Source: an uncultured Gemmatimonadales bacterium
Lineage (GTDB): Bacteria; Actinomycetota; Acidimicrobiia; Spongiisociales; UBA5794
Reading direction: 5' to 3'
Assembly (NCBI GenBank): GCA_964195945.1
Contig: CAXMRC010000090.1
Span: 20,195 to 84,194 of the forward strand
DNA: 64,000 nt
Positions 51,712-60,442 of this stretch are shown here, one piece after another. Position numbers and translations under genes: made by a program. Below the pieces are notes generated by a model that was not told the DNA's origin, did not search any database, and saw only the letters and a list, made by a program, of their open reading frames with translations. The stretch's first letter is position 1; every line of letters begins with the position of its first letter.

Positions 51712-52065
51712 TCATTCGGGCTCGCTAGTCCAGCTATCGACCTCTTCCTTCGCATGCGCCATACGATGCCACTCCTCAAACCGGTCGGTTTCCGATGGAC
51801 TCTTGTCCTTGCCGTGCGACGGCGCACGGTGCCGTCGCACACTTTCGCGCGCCCATGGTGCAGAGAAATCCTGGCCCTTCCGTTGGTAGCCGAAACGGCG
51901 CCTCGCAAACACTCCGAACAGCATCGCAACAAACAGCAGCTTGAAGAAGATAAAGATCGGGATCAGAGCCAGAAGCCCGATCCCCGCGGCGGCGCTAGAC
52001 GAACCACCGAACAACAGCGCTCCCAGACCGATACCGGCCAGGACCACAAACGCAAACCGAAACAT
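51712..52065 (-). CDS. Hypothetical small membrane protein
   Basis: AAGGAG RBS, two hydrophobic segments, FEEWHRMAH tail; leads the TCS operon. Confidence 0.65.
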   Translation of the reverse strand: MFRFAFVVLAGIGLGALLFGGSSSAAAGIGLLALIPIFIFFKLLFVAMLFGVFARRRFGYQRKGQDFSAPWARESVRRHRAPSHGKDKSPSETDRFEEWHRMAHAKEEVDSWTSEPE

Positions 52066-52177
52066 GACTCGCTCCTTCTCTTGATTCGATGGAGCCAGCA
52101 TCTCGAACAATTGTGGAGAAGTCGTGAAGACCCGACGCAGGAGTCGTGGCAAGCGCAATCGGCCCCCAGCAGCTGTC

Positions 52178-52226
52178 TGGCGTCGGCGAGGGGATTTGAA
52201 CCCCTAACCCCTACGTTGCCAACATA
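52178..52226 (-). mobile_element. Degenerate tRNA-Ala 3'-half (old att scar)
   Basis: About 40/49 identical to 59931-59979; T-arm GGTTCAAATCCCC retained. Confidence 0.7.
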
Positions 52227-52409
52227 TCCGGGGGGGTGCCCAGAACCGTTGGCGTGAAAGGCTCTTTGAGGCAGAAGCTATTGCACCGCAGCGGGTTCCT
52301 CTTCAACGCATTCACACAGTATTGACAACTTCTTGCGTGAGAATACGGAGGCCGATAGCCGAACCGCGGCCAACACCAAGACGGTAGTTGAATGCAGGAG
52401 ACTGCTCTC

Positions 52410-52454
52410 GTGGCGGGACCGGCATTCGAACCGGCAACCTTTGGGTGTGAGCCC
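52410..52454 (-). mobile_element. Degenerate tRNA-fMet-like 3'-half (att scar)
   Basis: GGGCTCACACCCAAAGGTTGCCGGTTCGAATGCCGGTCCCGCCAC resembles the initiator tRNA 3' half. Confidence 0.55.
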
Positions 52455-52611
52455 GGTCGAATCGAGTTCTAGACCGGACATTTCTGGCGGGGAGTCCCAT
52501 TCTCGGGCTCCCCGGCACTCAGAGAATTACACTGCTCATCACCGTTTGTCATGATCTCGCGGACCGGCCGCGGCGGTCATCAAGGCTCGCTCCATGTCCT
52601 GCAGAGTTCCA

Positions 52612-53394
52612 TCACGTGCCCGAATCGGATGACAAGAACCGCACTCGAGCGTCATCCTGGTCCAGGATGGCCTCCTCGAGCTCTCGTAGTGACTGGCTCG
52701 GCTCCATTCCATATTCGCCCGTAAGGATCCCTCGTGCCTGCCGGTAGACGCGCAGGGCGCGACCCTGGTTGTCGGTGAAATAGAGAGCTGCCATCAAGCA
52801 GGCCCAGAGATTCTCGCGAAGGGGCGATTCGGTTGTCAGCGCTAGCAACTCAGGAATCAGCTCTCGATACATGCCAGCTGCAAGGTCGCACTCAATTCGA
52901 CTTTCGAGTGCAATCCAATGCAGCGCGCTCAGCCGATGCGCTTCGGGTTCCAATCGGTAGCTCCTCGTCGCCAGCCCCTCAAACGGCGCGCCACGCCACA
53001 ATGCCAGACCTTCAACAATCAAGTCCTTTGCCTCACGTCGCTCCCGATTCGAAGCCTGGCCGAGAAGCCACTCAAATCGGTGAGAGTCGACAAGGAGGCG
53101 GTCCACCGAGAGGGTATATCCCCCAGGGCCCTTGCCGATCAGGTCGGGATACCCACATTCGTCAAGAAAGCGACGAAGACGGTAGATGACGTTGTGCAAC
53201 GCCGTATCCGGCGACGCGGGTCGCTCCTCGTCCCAGATCACCTCCATCAAGTGGCCTACCCAGACCGGCCTGCCCGCCTTGAGAAGCAGGAGCGTGAGGA
53301 GACGCGCTTCCCTGCCGGTCGGGTAGACCAATGCGCCCTGCCCATCACGGACCACCACCGGTCCAAGAAGCCCAAACTGGGTCGGTTCCATCAT
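52612..53394 (-). CDS. SARP/AfsR-family regulator (wHTH + BTAD)
   Basis: FGLLGP, LLL.AGRPV, IYRLRR, GYTL, LALWRG, PLRENLW..LM.ALY. Confidence 0.9.
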   Translation of the reverse strand: MMEPTQFGLLGPVVVRDGQGALVYPTGREARLLTLLLLKAGRPVWVGHLMEVIWDEERPASPDTALHNVIYRLRRFLDECGYPDLIGKGPGGYTLSVDRLLVDSHRFEWLLGQASNRERREAKDLIVEGLALWRGAPFEGLATRSYRLEPEAHRLSALHWIALESRIECDLAAGMYRELIPELLALTTESPLRENLWACLMAALYFTDNQGRALRVYRQARGILTGEYGMEPSQSLRELEEAILDQDDARVRFLSSDSGT

Positions 53395-54932
53395 CGAGTC
53401 GGCCGGGTAGCGGAGGGCAGTTCGAGCGTGAACACCGTGGATCCATTGACCTGCTCGTAGCGAAGCTCTCCCCCCATCGCTCTTGCCAGCGCCCGGGAAA
53501 CAGCCAAGCCGAGCCCCAACGAATCGGTAAGCCCCGGATGTGGCTGCCTCCCTTCATAGGGCTCAAATGCTCGGTCCAGTATCTCGACGGGTATTCCGTC
53601 GCCGTCATCTGCAACGACCAGGCAAGCCACATCACGCGTCTCGACAACCGTCACAAGGACATCGTCGCCGCCATGTCGAATCGCATTGTTGACGAGGTTG
53701 CGGGCGATAAGACCAACCCGGCGACTATCGCCACGGGCGGCAACCGTTCCGTCAGCGATACTGACCCGCTTCCGTCTCTCCGGCGACAGAGAGGCAATAG
53801 CATCGCGTGCCAGGGTGCCCAGATCCACGTCTGCAGGTTCGAGTAGAGCTCTGTCCCGGAAGGAATCCGGTTCAGCAGTCAATTCATCGACTATCACCAG
53901 ATTCTCGAGTGTGTCCGCGGCAGTAGCGGCTTCTGCCCAAAGCAGGTCCAAGTATTCGCCGGCCTCTTGCTCGTCAATCTCCTGCCAGCGCTCCCGGAGC
54001 ACGCCGGCAAAACCGAACACTCCGGTTAGCGGCGTACGCAATTCGTGCGTCACCGACTCGATGAATCGATCCTTCATCTCGGCCATGGCCGCCAGTCGCC
54101 GAGAGGCCTCGTTGAGTTCAGTTATGTCCTCGATACTGACTATCACCGAACCCAAGTGCGGACCATTGTTCAACGTAGCCACCCATGTCAGGATGTATTC
54201 GAACTCCTCTCCACTCAGCTTCCTGCCACTGGCGACGGATCTGAGGCTCGGGCGCCCCTCCCACACGGCGATCACCTGTTCTCTGAACGAACCGAGCGCT
54301 ACATCATCGACGACCGCAGACAGCCCGCGATCGAGTACTGCCTCTTTGTTCGGGGCCCCGACAAGCGCAAGCGCCGCAGGGTTGACGTCGACAATGCGGA
54401 TGAGATCCAGGGCATACCGCAATTCGTGGGGGTTCTCGTCTAGGTGGGCACGAACATCGGTGAGGCCATCCGCCCGTAGCCGATCCAGCCAAGCGCCAAG
54501 GGCCGAAAAATCCTCGATCCAGTACGCCACAGGAGAACGATCAAAGAAGCTTCGCAGCCGTCGCTGAGTATCTTCGAGCTCGGCAATTGCCAGCTGCTGC
54601 GATGTGACATCAACAAGTGCCCCCTCAAAATGGACGACGGAGCTCCTGGGGTCGAGCACCGGCTGGGCGTATACCTGGATCCGAAGCCGGCGTCCACTGA
54701 GGTGTTGGAACTCCGCCTCAATACCGTTGAGCTGTCCGTCCTTCTCGAGGAGGTCTACCAGCCGCCGACGTGTGGCTTTGTCAGGGCAGAGCGCCTTCAA
54801 GGGTGAAGATGCGAGCTCAGCGCCGTCCGAAAAGCCAAAGAGTCGAACAGCCGCGTCATTGGCAAAGGTGACCCGACCCCTAGGTGTGATTCGGAAGAAG
54901 GGCAGGGGGAACCGCTGAGCCTTACTTATCAT
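53391..54932 (-). CDS. Cytoplasmic PAS-PAS histidine kinase
   Basis: Two PAS domains (ANDA, VNPA), SVTHELRTPL, NLVNNA, DDGDGI, GLGL. Confidence 0.9.
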   Translation of the reverse strand: MISKAQRFPLPFFRITPRGRVTFANDAAVRLFGFSDGAELASSPLKALCPDKATRRRLVDLLEKDGQLNGIEAEFQHLSGRRLRIQVYAQPVLDPRSSVVHFEGALVDVTSQQLAIAELEDTQRRLRSFFDRSPVAYWIEDFSALGAWLDRLRADGLTDVRAHLDENPHELRYALDLIRIVDVNPAALALVGAPNKEAVLDRGLSAVVDDVALGSFREQVIAVWEGRPSLRSVASGRKLSGEEFEYILTWVATLNNGPHLGSVIVSIEDITELNEASRRLAAMAEMKDRFIESVTHELRTPLTGVFGFAGVLRERWQEIDEQEAGEYLDLLWAEAATAADTLENLVIVDELTAEPDSFRDRALLEPADVDLGTLARDAIASLSPERRKRVSIADGTVAARGDSRRVGLIARNLVNNAIRHGGDDVLVTVVETRDVACLVVADDGDGIPVEILDRAFEPYEGRQPHPGLTDSLGLGLAVSRALARAMGGELRYEQVNGSTVFTLELPSATRPTR

Positions 54933-56212
54933 GCGAGTCGCCTAGCTTGCTGTGACACAAGCGACGTCTCCAGAGTGCCTGCCTCCATGGGTCGATCAAG
55001 CAAGAACCCTTGAGCTAGATCACAGCCACAGGCTGCGATCATATCCAGCTCTTCCTGCGTCTCTATGCCCTCGGCCGTCACCTGCATACCCAGTGCCCTG
55101 GCCATCACCACGACAGCTTCCACCATGGCGACCGCCGGCGACCCTCGATGGATCCCCGCCACTACGGTTCGATCCAGTTTTACCACGTCAATAGGCAACG
55201 TACGCAGCGCAGCAAGATTCGCGTAGCCGGTTCCAAAGTCGTCGAGGCAGATCTTCACTCCCGCATCCTTCAACTTGAAGATGGTGTCCACCGCTGCTTG
55301 TGGCATCGCAGCCGATTCGGTTACCTCAACCGCGATGTCATTCGGCTGGAGCCCAGCTTGTTCGATAGCCAGAATCACCTTTTCGGACACATCGGCCTGC
55401 ACCAATTGGAGAGGGGACATGTTCACGTGAGTCACTAGCCCGTAATCTGCCCAACGCTTGGCCTGGCGGCAAGCGGTCAGAATCACCCAGTCACCAAGCC
55501 GGCCGATCACTTCTGAGCGCTCGGCGAGCGAGACAATGTGGGCAGCGCCATCCATCCAGGACCCTCCCGGCCAGCGCAATAGCGCTTCCGCCGCAACCGT
55601 CGAGCCGTCAGCAATAGCGACGATCGGTTGATACCAAAGCTGCAGCTGCGACAGCTCGAAACCCCGACCCATTGCCTGGAGCATGCGAAACCGGTGGAGG
55701 ATGTCGATTCGAAGCTGCTCGTCGAAGACGACTGCCTGCCCCGCGCCGCGTTCGATCGCTAGGGCCAAGGCGGCCTTGGCATCGTCCAACAGGTCAGCCG
55801 GCGCCCGGTGAATCCCGGTTGCCACTGCTACCCCGGTGTTGAGGAGCGGACGACCTGACTCTCCGTCAAGATCGACAGGCCGGGAGACAACCTCGGTAAT
55901 GCGTTCAGCGACTGCAGCGCCCTCGGCAGCAGTACGCACGTTGGTCAGCAGAAGAGCCCACTCTCCACCATCGAGCACTGTGGCAGCGTCATCAGCGAGC
56001 AGCAGCGACTCAAGGCGTTCCTCGACTGCACGTCGAGACAACGCACGTGCCTTGGCGTCGAGCCAGTTGTTCGCGATCCACGAGGGGTGCAGCGCCACGA
56101 TGACGACTGCGCAAGATCTGGTGCGTGTGATTCCACCGCTCAAGGCGTCGCTAACCGAGGCGTCAAACACCGTTCGTGATGTGAGTCGGGAGCGTGCGGC
56201 TATGTGTTCCAT
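54929..56212 (-). CDS. Degenerate-GGDEF + EAL phosphodiesterase
   Basis: GGDEF replaced by DGGEW; YQP, EALLRW, DDFGTGY, KLD, AEGIET, QGF intact. Confidence 0.88.
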   Translation of the reverse strand: MEHIAARSRLTSRTVFDASVSDALSGGITRTRSCAVVIVALHPSWIANNWLDAKARALSRRAVEERLESLLLADDAATVLDGGEWALLLTNVRTAAEGAAVAERITEVVSRPVDLDGESGRPLLNTGVAVATGIHRAPADLLDDAKAALALAIERGAGQAVVFDEQLRIDILHRFRMLQAMGRGFELSQLQLWYQPIVAIADGSTVAAEALLRWPGGSWMDGAAHIVSLAERSEVIGRLGDWVILTACRQAKRWADYGLVTHVNMSPLQLVQADVSEKVILAIEQAGLQPNDIAVEVTESAAMPQAAVDTIFKLKDAGVKICLDDFGTGYANLAALRTLPIDVVKLDRTVVAGIHRGSPAVAMVEAVVVMARALGMQVTAEGIETQEELDMIAACGCDLAQGFLLDRPMEAGTLETSLVSQQARRLA

Positions 56213-56220
56213 CGCAGAAG

Positions 56221-56264
56221 CATCTCAAACCGCTCTCTCGAACCACTCACAAGCCACTCACAAG
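56221..56264. promoter_or_regulatory. 11-bp-phased direct repeats (putative SARP boxes)
   Basis: catctcaaacc/gctctctcgaa/ccactcacaag/ccactcacaag immediately upstream of the EAL gene. Confidence 0.55.
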
Positions 56265-56633
56265 ATCGCAGGGCTCGTGACGGGCGCAGTCGTTGACCCG
56301 CGCCCGGAACCGGACCTTGCCCAGGGGGGACAAGGCAAGAGCCCGGTTCCGGCAAAACGCTGGCCGGCGGGACGCCAGGGCGTCCGTTCCCACGCACTAT
56401 CGCCTCCGATGCTCTCATTTCCCTCCTATCCACCTCTCAACGACTCGATTCAGGCCACATCATGGACCAGCGCTAGTCGCCTACAGCGGCCCGGATCGCA
56501 GCTGGCGCCGCGTTGTGAACCGGTGAGTCGCTATTGCGGCCATACAGAGACGTGTTCGGCCCAGGCTCCAGAGATGTTCTCATGTCCTGCCGACTGATGT
56601 CTTGCGAGATACTCACTGGACTAAAGTTGGGCC

Positions 56634-59600
56634 ATGGAGTTTCTGATTCTCGGTCCGCTCAAGGTGGTGGGCCCCGGAGGCGAGGTCGAACTCGGTGGAC
56701 ATCGGGACAGGAGCCTCCTGACCCTTTTATTGATCAATGCCGGTTCGGTGGTGTCGACGGATCAGCTGATTGAGGACATCTGGGGTGATCCGGATGCGAC
56801 CGGAGCGCTGCAGACGGCTTTGTTTCGACTTCGGCGCGTCCTCGAACCTGACAGACCTCCCGGAGCTCCGCCACAACTGCTAGTCAAGCGTTCACCTGGC
56901 TATGTGCTGCTCGTTGAGGCAGAACAGATCGATGCGAGGCGATTCGAACAACTGGTCGTCCAGACACAAGACCCCTCGGACGTCGCTGACAGGGCAGACC
57001 TGTTGAGGCGAGCGTTGGAGTTGTGGCGGGGACCTGGTCCTGCACTGGCTGATTTTGCTTACGACGAGTTTGCCCAAGCGGAAATCCGAAGGTTGAACGA
57101 GTTGCGGGTCGCTGCACAGGAGGAACTGATCGACGTTCGCCTGAAGCGAGGGCTTCATCGCGAGGTGGTAGTTGAGCTCGAGGCGTTGGTTGTTGGCTAT
57201 CCCTTGAGGGAACGGCTGAGGGCGCAGCTGATGCTCGCCTTGTACCGCTCGGGCAGACAGACCGAGGCGCTCCGAGTCTTGCAGGAGGCAAGGCGTGCGA
57301 TTGGCGAGGAGTCGGGGTTGGAGCCGGGACAGGGCCTGCTTCGTCTCGAAGAAGCAATCCTGCGGGAGGATCCCTCATTGGAGGTAGAGCCGGCAACCGT
57401 TCGACCATCCAAACCGGAGCGATTCGCTTCTTCGAACATTCCGCCGTCGGCAACAAGGTTCATCGGTCGGGAGAAGGATCTGGAAGGTCTCAAGGCTCGT
57501 ATGGCGGAAGGCCGGATTGTGACGCTGGTCGGACCAGGCGGCATTGGCAAGACCCGCCTAGCAGTAGAGACCGCCTACCGACAGAGTCGATCCTTCCCCG
57601 AAGGCACTTTTTTGGCGAGGTTGGAGCGGGCCACCAATGAGCGTGGCGTGCTCGCAGCGGTTCGTGATGCGCTGGGCATATTGGGCCAGACAGGACCTGA
57701 TCCTTCGGATTTGTGTGCCTTCCTCGGGAATCGGAACTTGCTACTGATCCTCGACGGCTGTGAACACGTCTTGAAGGAGTGCGCGGCGCTAACGAACCGG
57801 TTGCGAGATCAAGTACCGGGTCTTCAAATCCTGGCCACCAGCCGCCGGCGCCTCGGCGTGAGCGGGGAGTTCATCTGGCAGTTGCCGCCCCTATCGTTGG
57901 AGGCGAGGTTGGGTTTCGGCCCGACTGTGGGTCCGCGCGGCGACGCAATCGAACTCTTCCTTGACCGGGCGCATGCCGCCAACCCAGCCATCTCGCTCGA
58001 AGACGCGGTCACCTATGCAGGAGCTGCGGACATCGTGGCGCAGTTGGATGGTATGCCACTGGCAATTGAATTGGCCGCGGCTCAGTGCCACTCGCTCCCG
58101 GTTCATGAAATCGCCAGTCGTCTGGGCGACGACCTTCGACTCCTGACTAGCTCTGACCCAACATTGGAGTCGAGGCAGCGGACCATGCAGGCCACGATCG
58201 ACTGGAGTTACTCCCGGCTCAGCCCCGCCGAGCAAGCCCTATTCGCAAGCCTCTCGGTGATTCCCGACTCATGGGACATCGAGGCCGCCGAGGCTCTGAG
58301 CGACGAGGGCACACCTGAAGGCCCAAGTGCCCTGGAATTGGTGCTGAGCCTTGCCGAGCAGTCGATGGTCATGCCGGTCGTGGACATCGACGGAACGTCC
58401 GCCCGGTTCCGAATTCTCCAACCCCTCCGGATTGGCGGCAGACGGTGGCTGCTCGAAGAAGACCAACTCGAGCAAGCTCAGCGGAACCACGCCCGATACA
58501 TCCGGGACCTATTCGAGTCGCCATGGAAGGACCTCATTGGTCCGGACTACATCGCGACGCTCCAGCGTCTCCGCGAAGAGATGTGGAACTTCAATAGCGC
58601 GTTTGAATGGGCAATCGACCACGAGCCCGACACCGCGCTCCGTATGGCCGCAGGCCCCGGAGTCATCTGGCGTTCAGTCGGCGTCGGCCCGCTCGTACTC
58701 AGCGCGCTTCGGAGGTCGCTGGCTGCCGTTGACCGGAGAGATGCATTTCGAGCTCGAGCGCTTGTCGCAGCGTCGCGCCTGAGCGTGCCTCCTTCGCGTG
58801 ACACCCCCAAAGACGCCTTCGATCTGACAGTCGCCCAGGCCCGCAACCCGTCGGCGATCACCGGGTCACCTTCGGCTCGGTTGTCACCGATCGACCCCGT
58901 CGCGGCGGCCCGTGAGGCCCTCGACATCTCCAAGGAGATCGGCAGCGAGGTGGGCATGGCGCAAGCATGCCTCGCACTGGGCATAGCGCACACCCGCGAG
59001 GGTGACTACAAGGAAGCAGAGGAAACAATCGGGCGTGGCCTAGCCGAGCTCGCCGAAACCAACCGATATCTGGATCGAGCCTGGCTACAGATCGCACTCG
59101 CAGAAGCCAAGCTCAGCCAAGGTGACTATGTCACCGCACACCACCTGGCCAGGACAGCCGCCGACGAGCTCGTTATAAGGCGTGCTCCCGGAATGGTCGC
59201 CGCCCTCGAGACTCTTGCACGAGTCGCCGAGGCAAGAGGACGATTCGGTGAAGCCGCCAAACACTATCGCCATACGCTCGAATTGTACGGTACGAGTGGC
59301 CTCCTGCCAGGAGTCGTCGCCGCCATTCGCCTTTCACTGGGCTATCTGGCCCTCAGGCAGCAAGATCATCCGGGTGCTGACCAGGAATTCAATCACGCAC
59401 TGGCAATCGCGCAGAACCACGGCTTTCGCCTGATCGAGGCAGTCGTTCGCAACGCACAGGCGCGAATGGCAATGAGCCAAGACGATTACCCGCGATCACG
59501 CCAATACATCAACGAGGCACTAGCAATACAAAAAGAGATCGGACACGACACTGGACTTGCCATTTCGCTGGCATCGGCCGGCTACGTCAGCAACCTCGAG

Positions 59601-59924
59601 GGTGACGGAGAGAGAGCCCTCGACGAGTTCCGCCAAAGCCTTGCCCTGGGTGAAGCCACCCGCGATCCGATCGCTGTGGCACGGGCGCTTGAGGGCATAG
59701 CCGTCCAATCCGCCTCCAACCACCAGGACCGACGTGCTGCCATCCTGATCGGCGCCGCCGACACCCATCGCCGGAAGGCGCGGGCGAATCGCCATGAATG
59801 GGACGATCTCCTCGGCGCTGACCAAGCGGTCCGCGAACGCTTGACTGACGCCCAATACCTAACTGCGGTCACGCAGGGACGAGAACTCACAACCGAGGAG
59901 GCGATCGAACTCGCCCTCAGCTGA
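56634..59924 (+). CDS. AfsR-like regulator: wHTH-BTAD-STAND NTPase-TPR
   Basis: MEFLILGPL, BTAD, FIGRE, GPGGIGKTRLA, LILDGCEH, ATSRR, LDGMPLAIELAAA, TPR helices. Confidence 0.93.
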   Translation: MEFLILGPLKVVGPGGEVELGGHRDRSLLTLLLINAGSVVSTDQLIEDIWGDPDATGALQTALFRLRRVLEPDRPPGAPPQLLVKRSPGYVLLVEAEQIDARRFEQLVVQTQDPSDVADRADLLRRALELWRGPGPALADFAYDEFAQAEIRRLNELRVAAQEELIDVRLKRGLHREVVVELEALVVGYPLRERLRAQLMLALYRSGRQTEALRVLQEARRAIGEESGLEPGQGLLRLEEAILREDPSLEVEPATVRPSKPERFASSNIPPSATRFIGREKDLEGLKARMAEGRIVTLVGPGGIGKTRLAVETAYRQSRSFPEGTFLARLERATNERGVLAAVRDALGILGQTGPDPSDLCAFLGNRNLLLILDGCEHVLKECAALTNRLRDQVPGLQILATSRRRLGVSGEFIWQLPPLSLEARLGFGPTVGPRGDAIELFLDRAHAANPAISLEDAVTYAGAADIVAQLDGMPLAIELAAAQCHSLPVHEIASRLGDDLRLLTSSDPTLESRQRTMQATIDWSYSRLSPAEQALFASLSVIPDSWDIEAAEALSDEGTPEGPSALELVLSLAEQSMVMPVVDIDGTSARFRILQPLRIGGRRWLLEEDQLEQAQRNHARYIRDLFESPWKDLIGPDYIATLQRLREEMWNFNSAFEWAIDHEPDTALRMAAGPGVIWRSVGVGPLVLSALRRSLAAVDRRDAFRARALVAASRLSVPPSRDTPKDAFDLTVAQARNPSAITGSPSARLSPIDPVAAAREALDISKEIGSEVGMAQACLALGIAHTREGDYKEAEETIGRGLAELAETNRYLDRAWLQIALAEAKLSQGDYVTAHHLARTAADELVIRRAPGMVAALETLARVAEARGRFGEAAKHYRHTLELYGTSGLLPGVVAAIRLSLGYLALRQQDHPGADQEFNHALAIAQNHGFRLIEAVVRNAQARMAMSQDDYPRSRQYINEALAIQKEIGHDTGLAISLASAGYVSNLEGDGERALDEFRQSLALGEATRDPIAVARALEGIAVQSASNHQDRRAAILIGAADTHRRKARANRHEWDDLLGADQAVRERLTDAQYLTAVTQGRELTTEEAIELALS

Positions 59925-59930
59925 AGGTTC

Positions 59931-59980
59931 CGGTGGAGGTGAGGGGATTTGAACCCTTGACCCCTACGTTGCGAACGTAG
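59931..59980 (-). mobile_element. tRNA-Ala(CGC) 3'-half, att-site duplication
   Basis: CTACG-TTCGCAA-CGTAG GGGTC AAGGGTTCAAATCCCCT CACCTCCACC; no pairing 5' half or D-arm. Confidence 0.8.
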
Positions 59981-60071
59981 CCTCGCTAACCCTGCTACCT
60001 GCGGAAATGTCCCCTGACCTGGGGAAACGTGTTCATTGCCTCTCGTAGATTTGCAGCATTTCGCACCAACT

Positions 60072-60142
60072 CGCGCACGTAGCGCGCACGACTTGTGCGA
60101 GCTGTGTGCGAATTCGGTTGATGGGTTGTGCGAGCTGTGCGA
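60072..60142. repeat. Short direct repeats beside att core (candidate integrase arm sites)
   Basis: CGCGCACG x2 (11-bp period); TGTGCGA x4 (60094, 60105, 60127, 60136). Confidence 0.55.
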
Positions 60143-60442
60143 GTGGGATGCCATCTGCCGGTCTGGTCGCGCGATTCTAAGTTGCCAAGAGATGGGCAAG
60201 GTCGGCGGAACACCAGGACACACCGGGGATGGTTGGAGTCGCCCGCTCCGGGCTCATGCCGTTCTTGGGGTGATCGACCTAGGCAGCGACCTCGACAGTG
60301 AACCTCAAACCTTCTCGCTTGGGAAGGTTATGAACGTGGCGCTGAAGCGTTTGACATACTCCCGGTGAGGCGTGTTACTGCGCCTGATCTGGTGATATGC
60401 GCGGCCCTGTCCATTGGTCAAGTCCAGCAGGCTCCCGGTCGC

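Noticed and set aside
52278-52554. Small ORFs at the island's left edge
   Set aside because: No RBS or motifs; they overlap the decayed tRNA-derived sequence
56351-56390. c-di-GMP-I riboswitch (GGCAAA...GGGACGC)
   Set aside because: Lacks the GNRA loop, the GCAAAGC junction and a P2 stem, and lies on the strand of an apparently leaderless gene; an Infernal search would settle it
59931-60014. Complete tRNA-Ala gene
   Set aside because: The upstream GGGGACA pairs with only 4 of 7 acceptor positions and no proper D-arm forms; treated as an att fragment
60308-60329. MerR/CueR-type operator (aaccttc-N8-gaaggtt)
   Set aside because: Spacing is off by one, it is not embedded in a suitable promoter, and there is no target gene; may be a hairpin downstream of acr3
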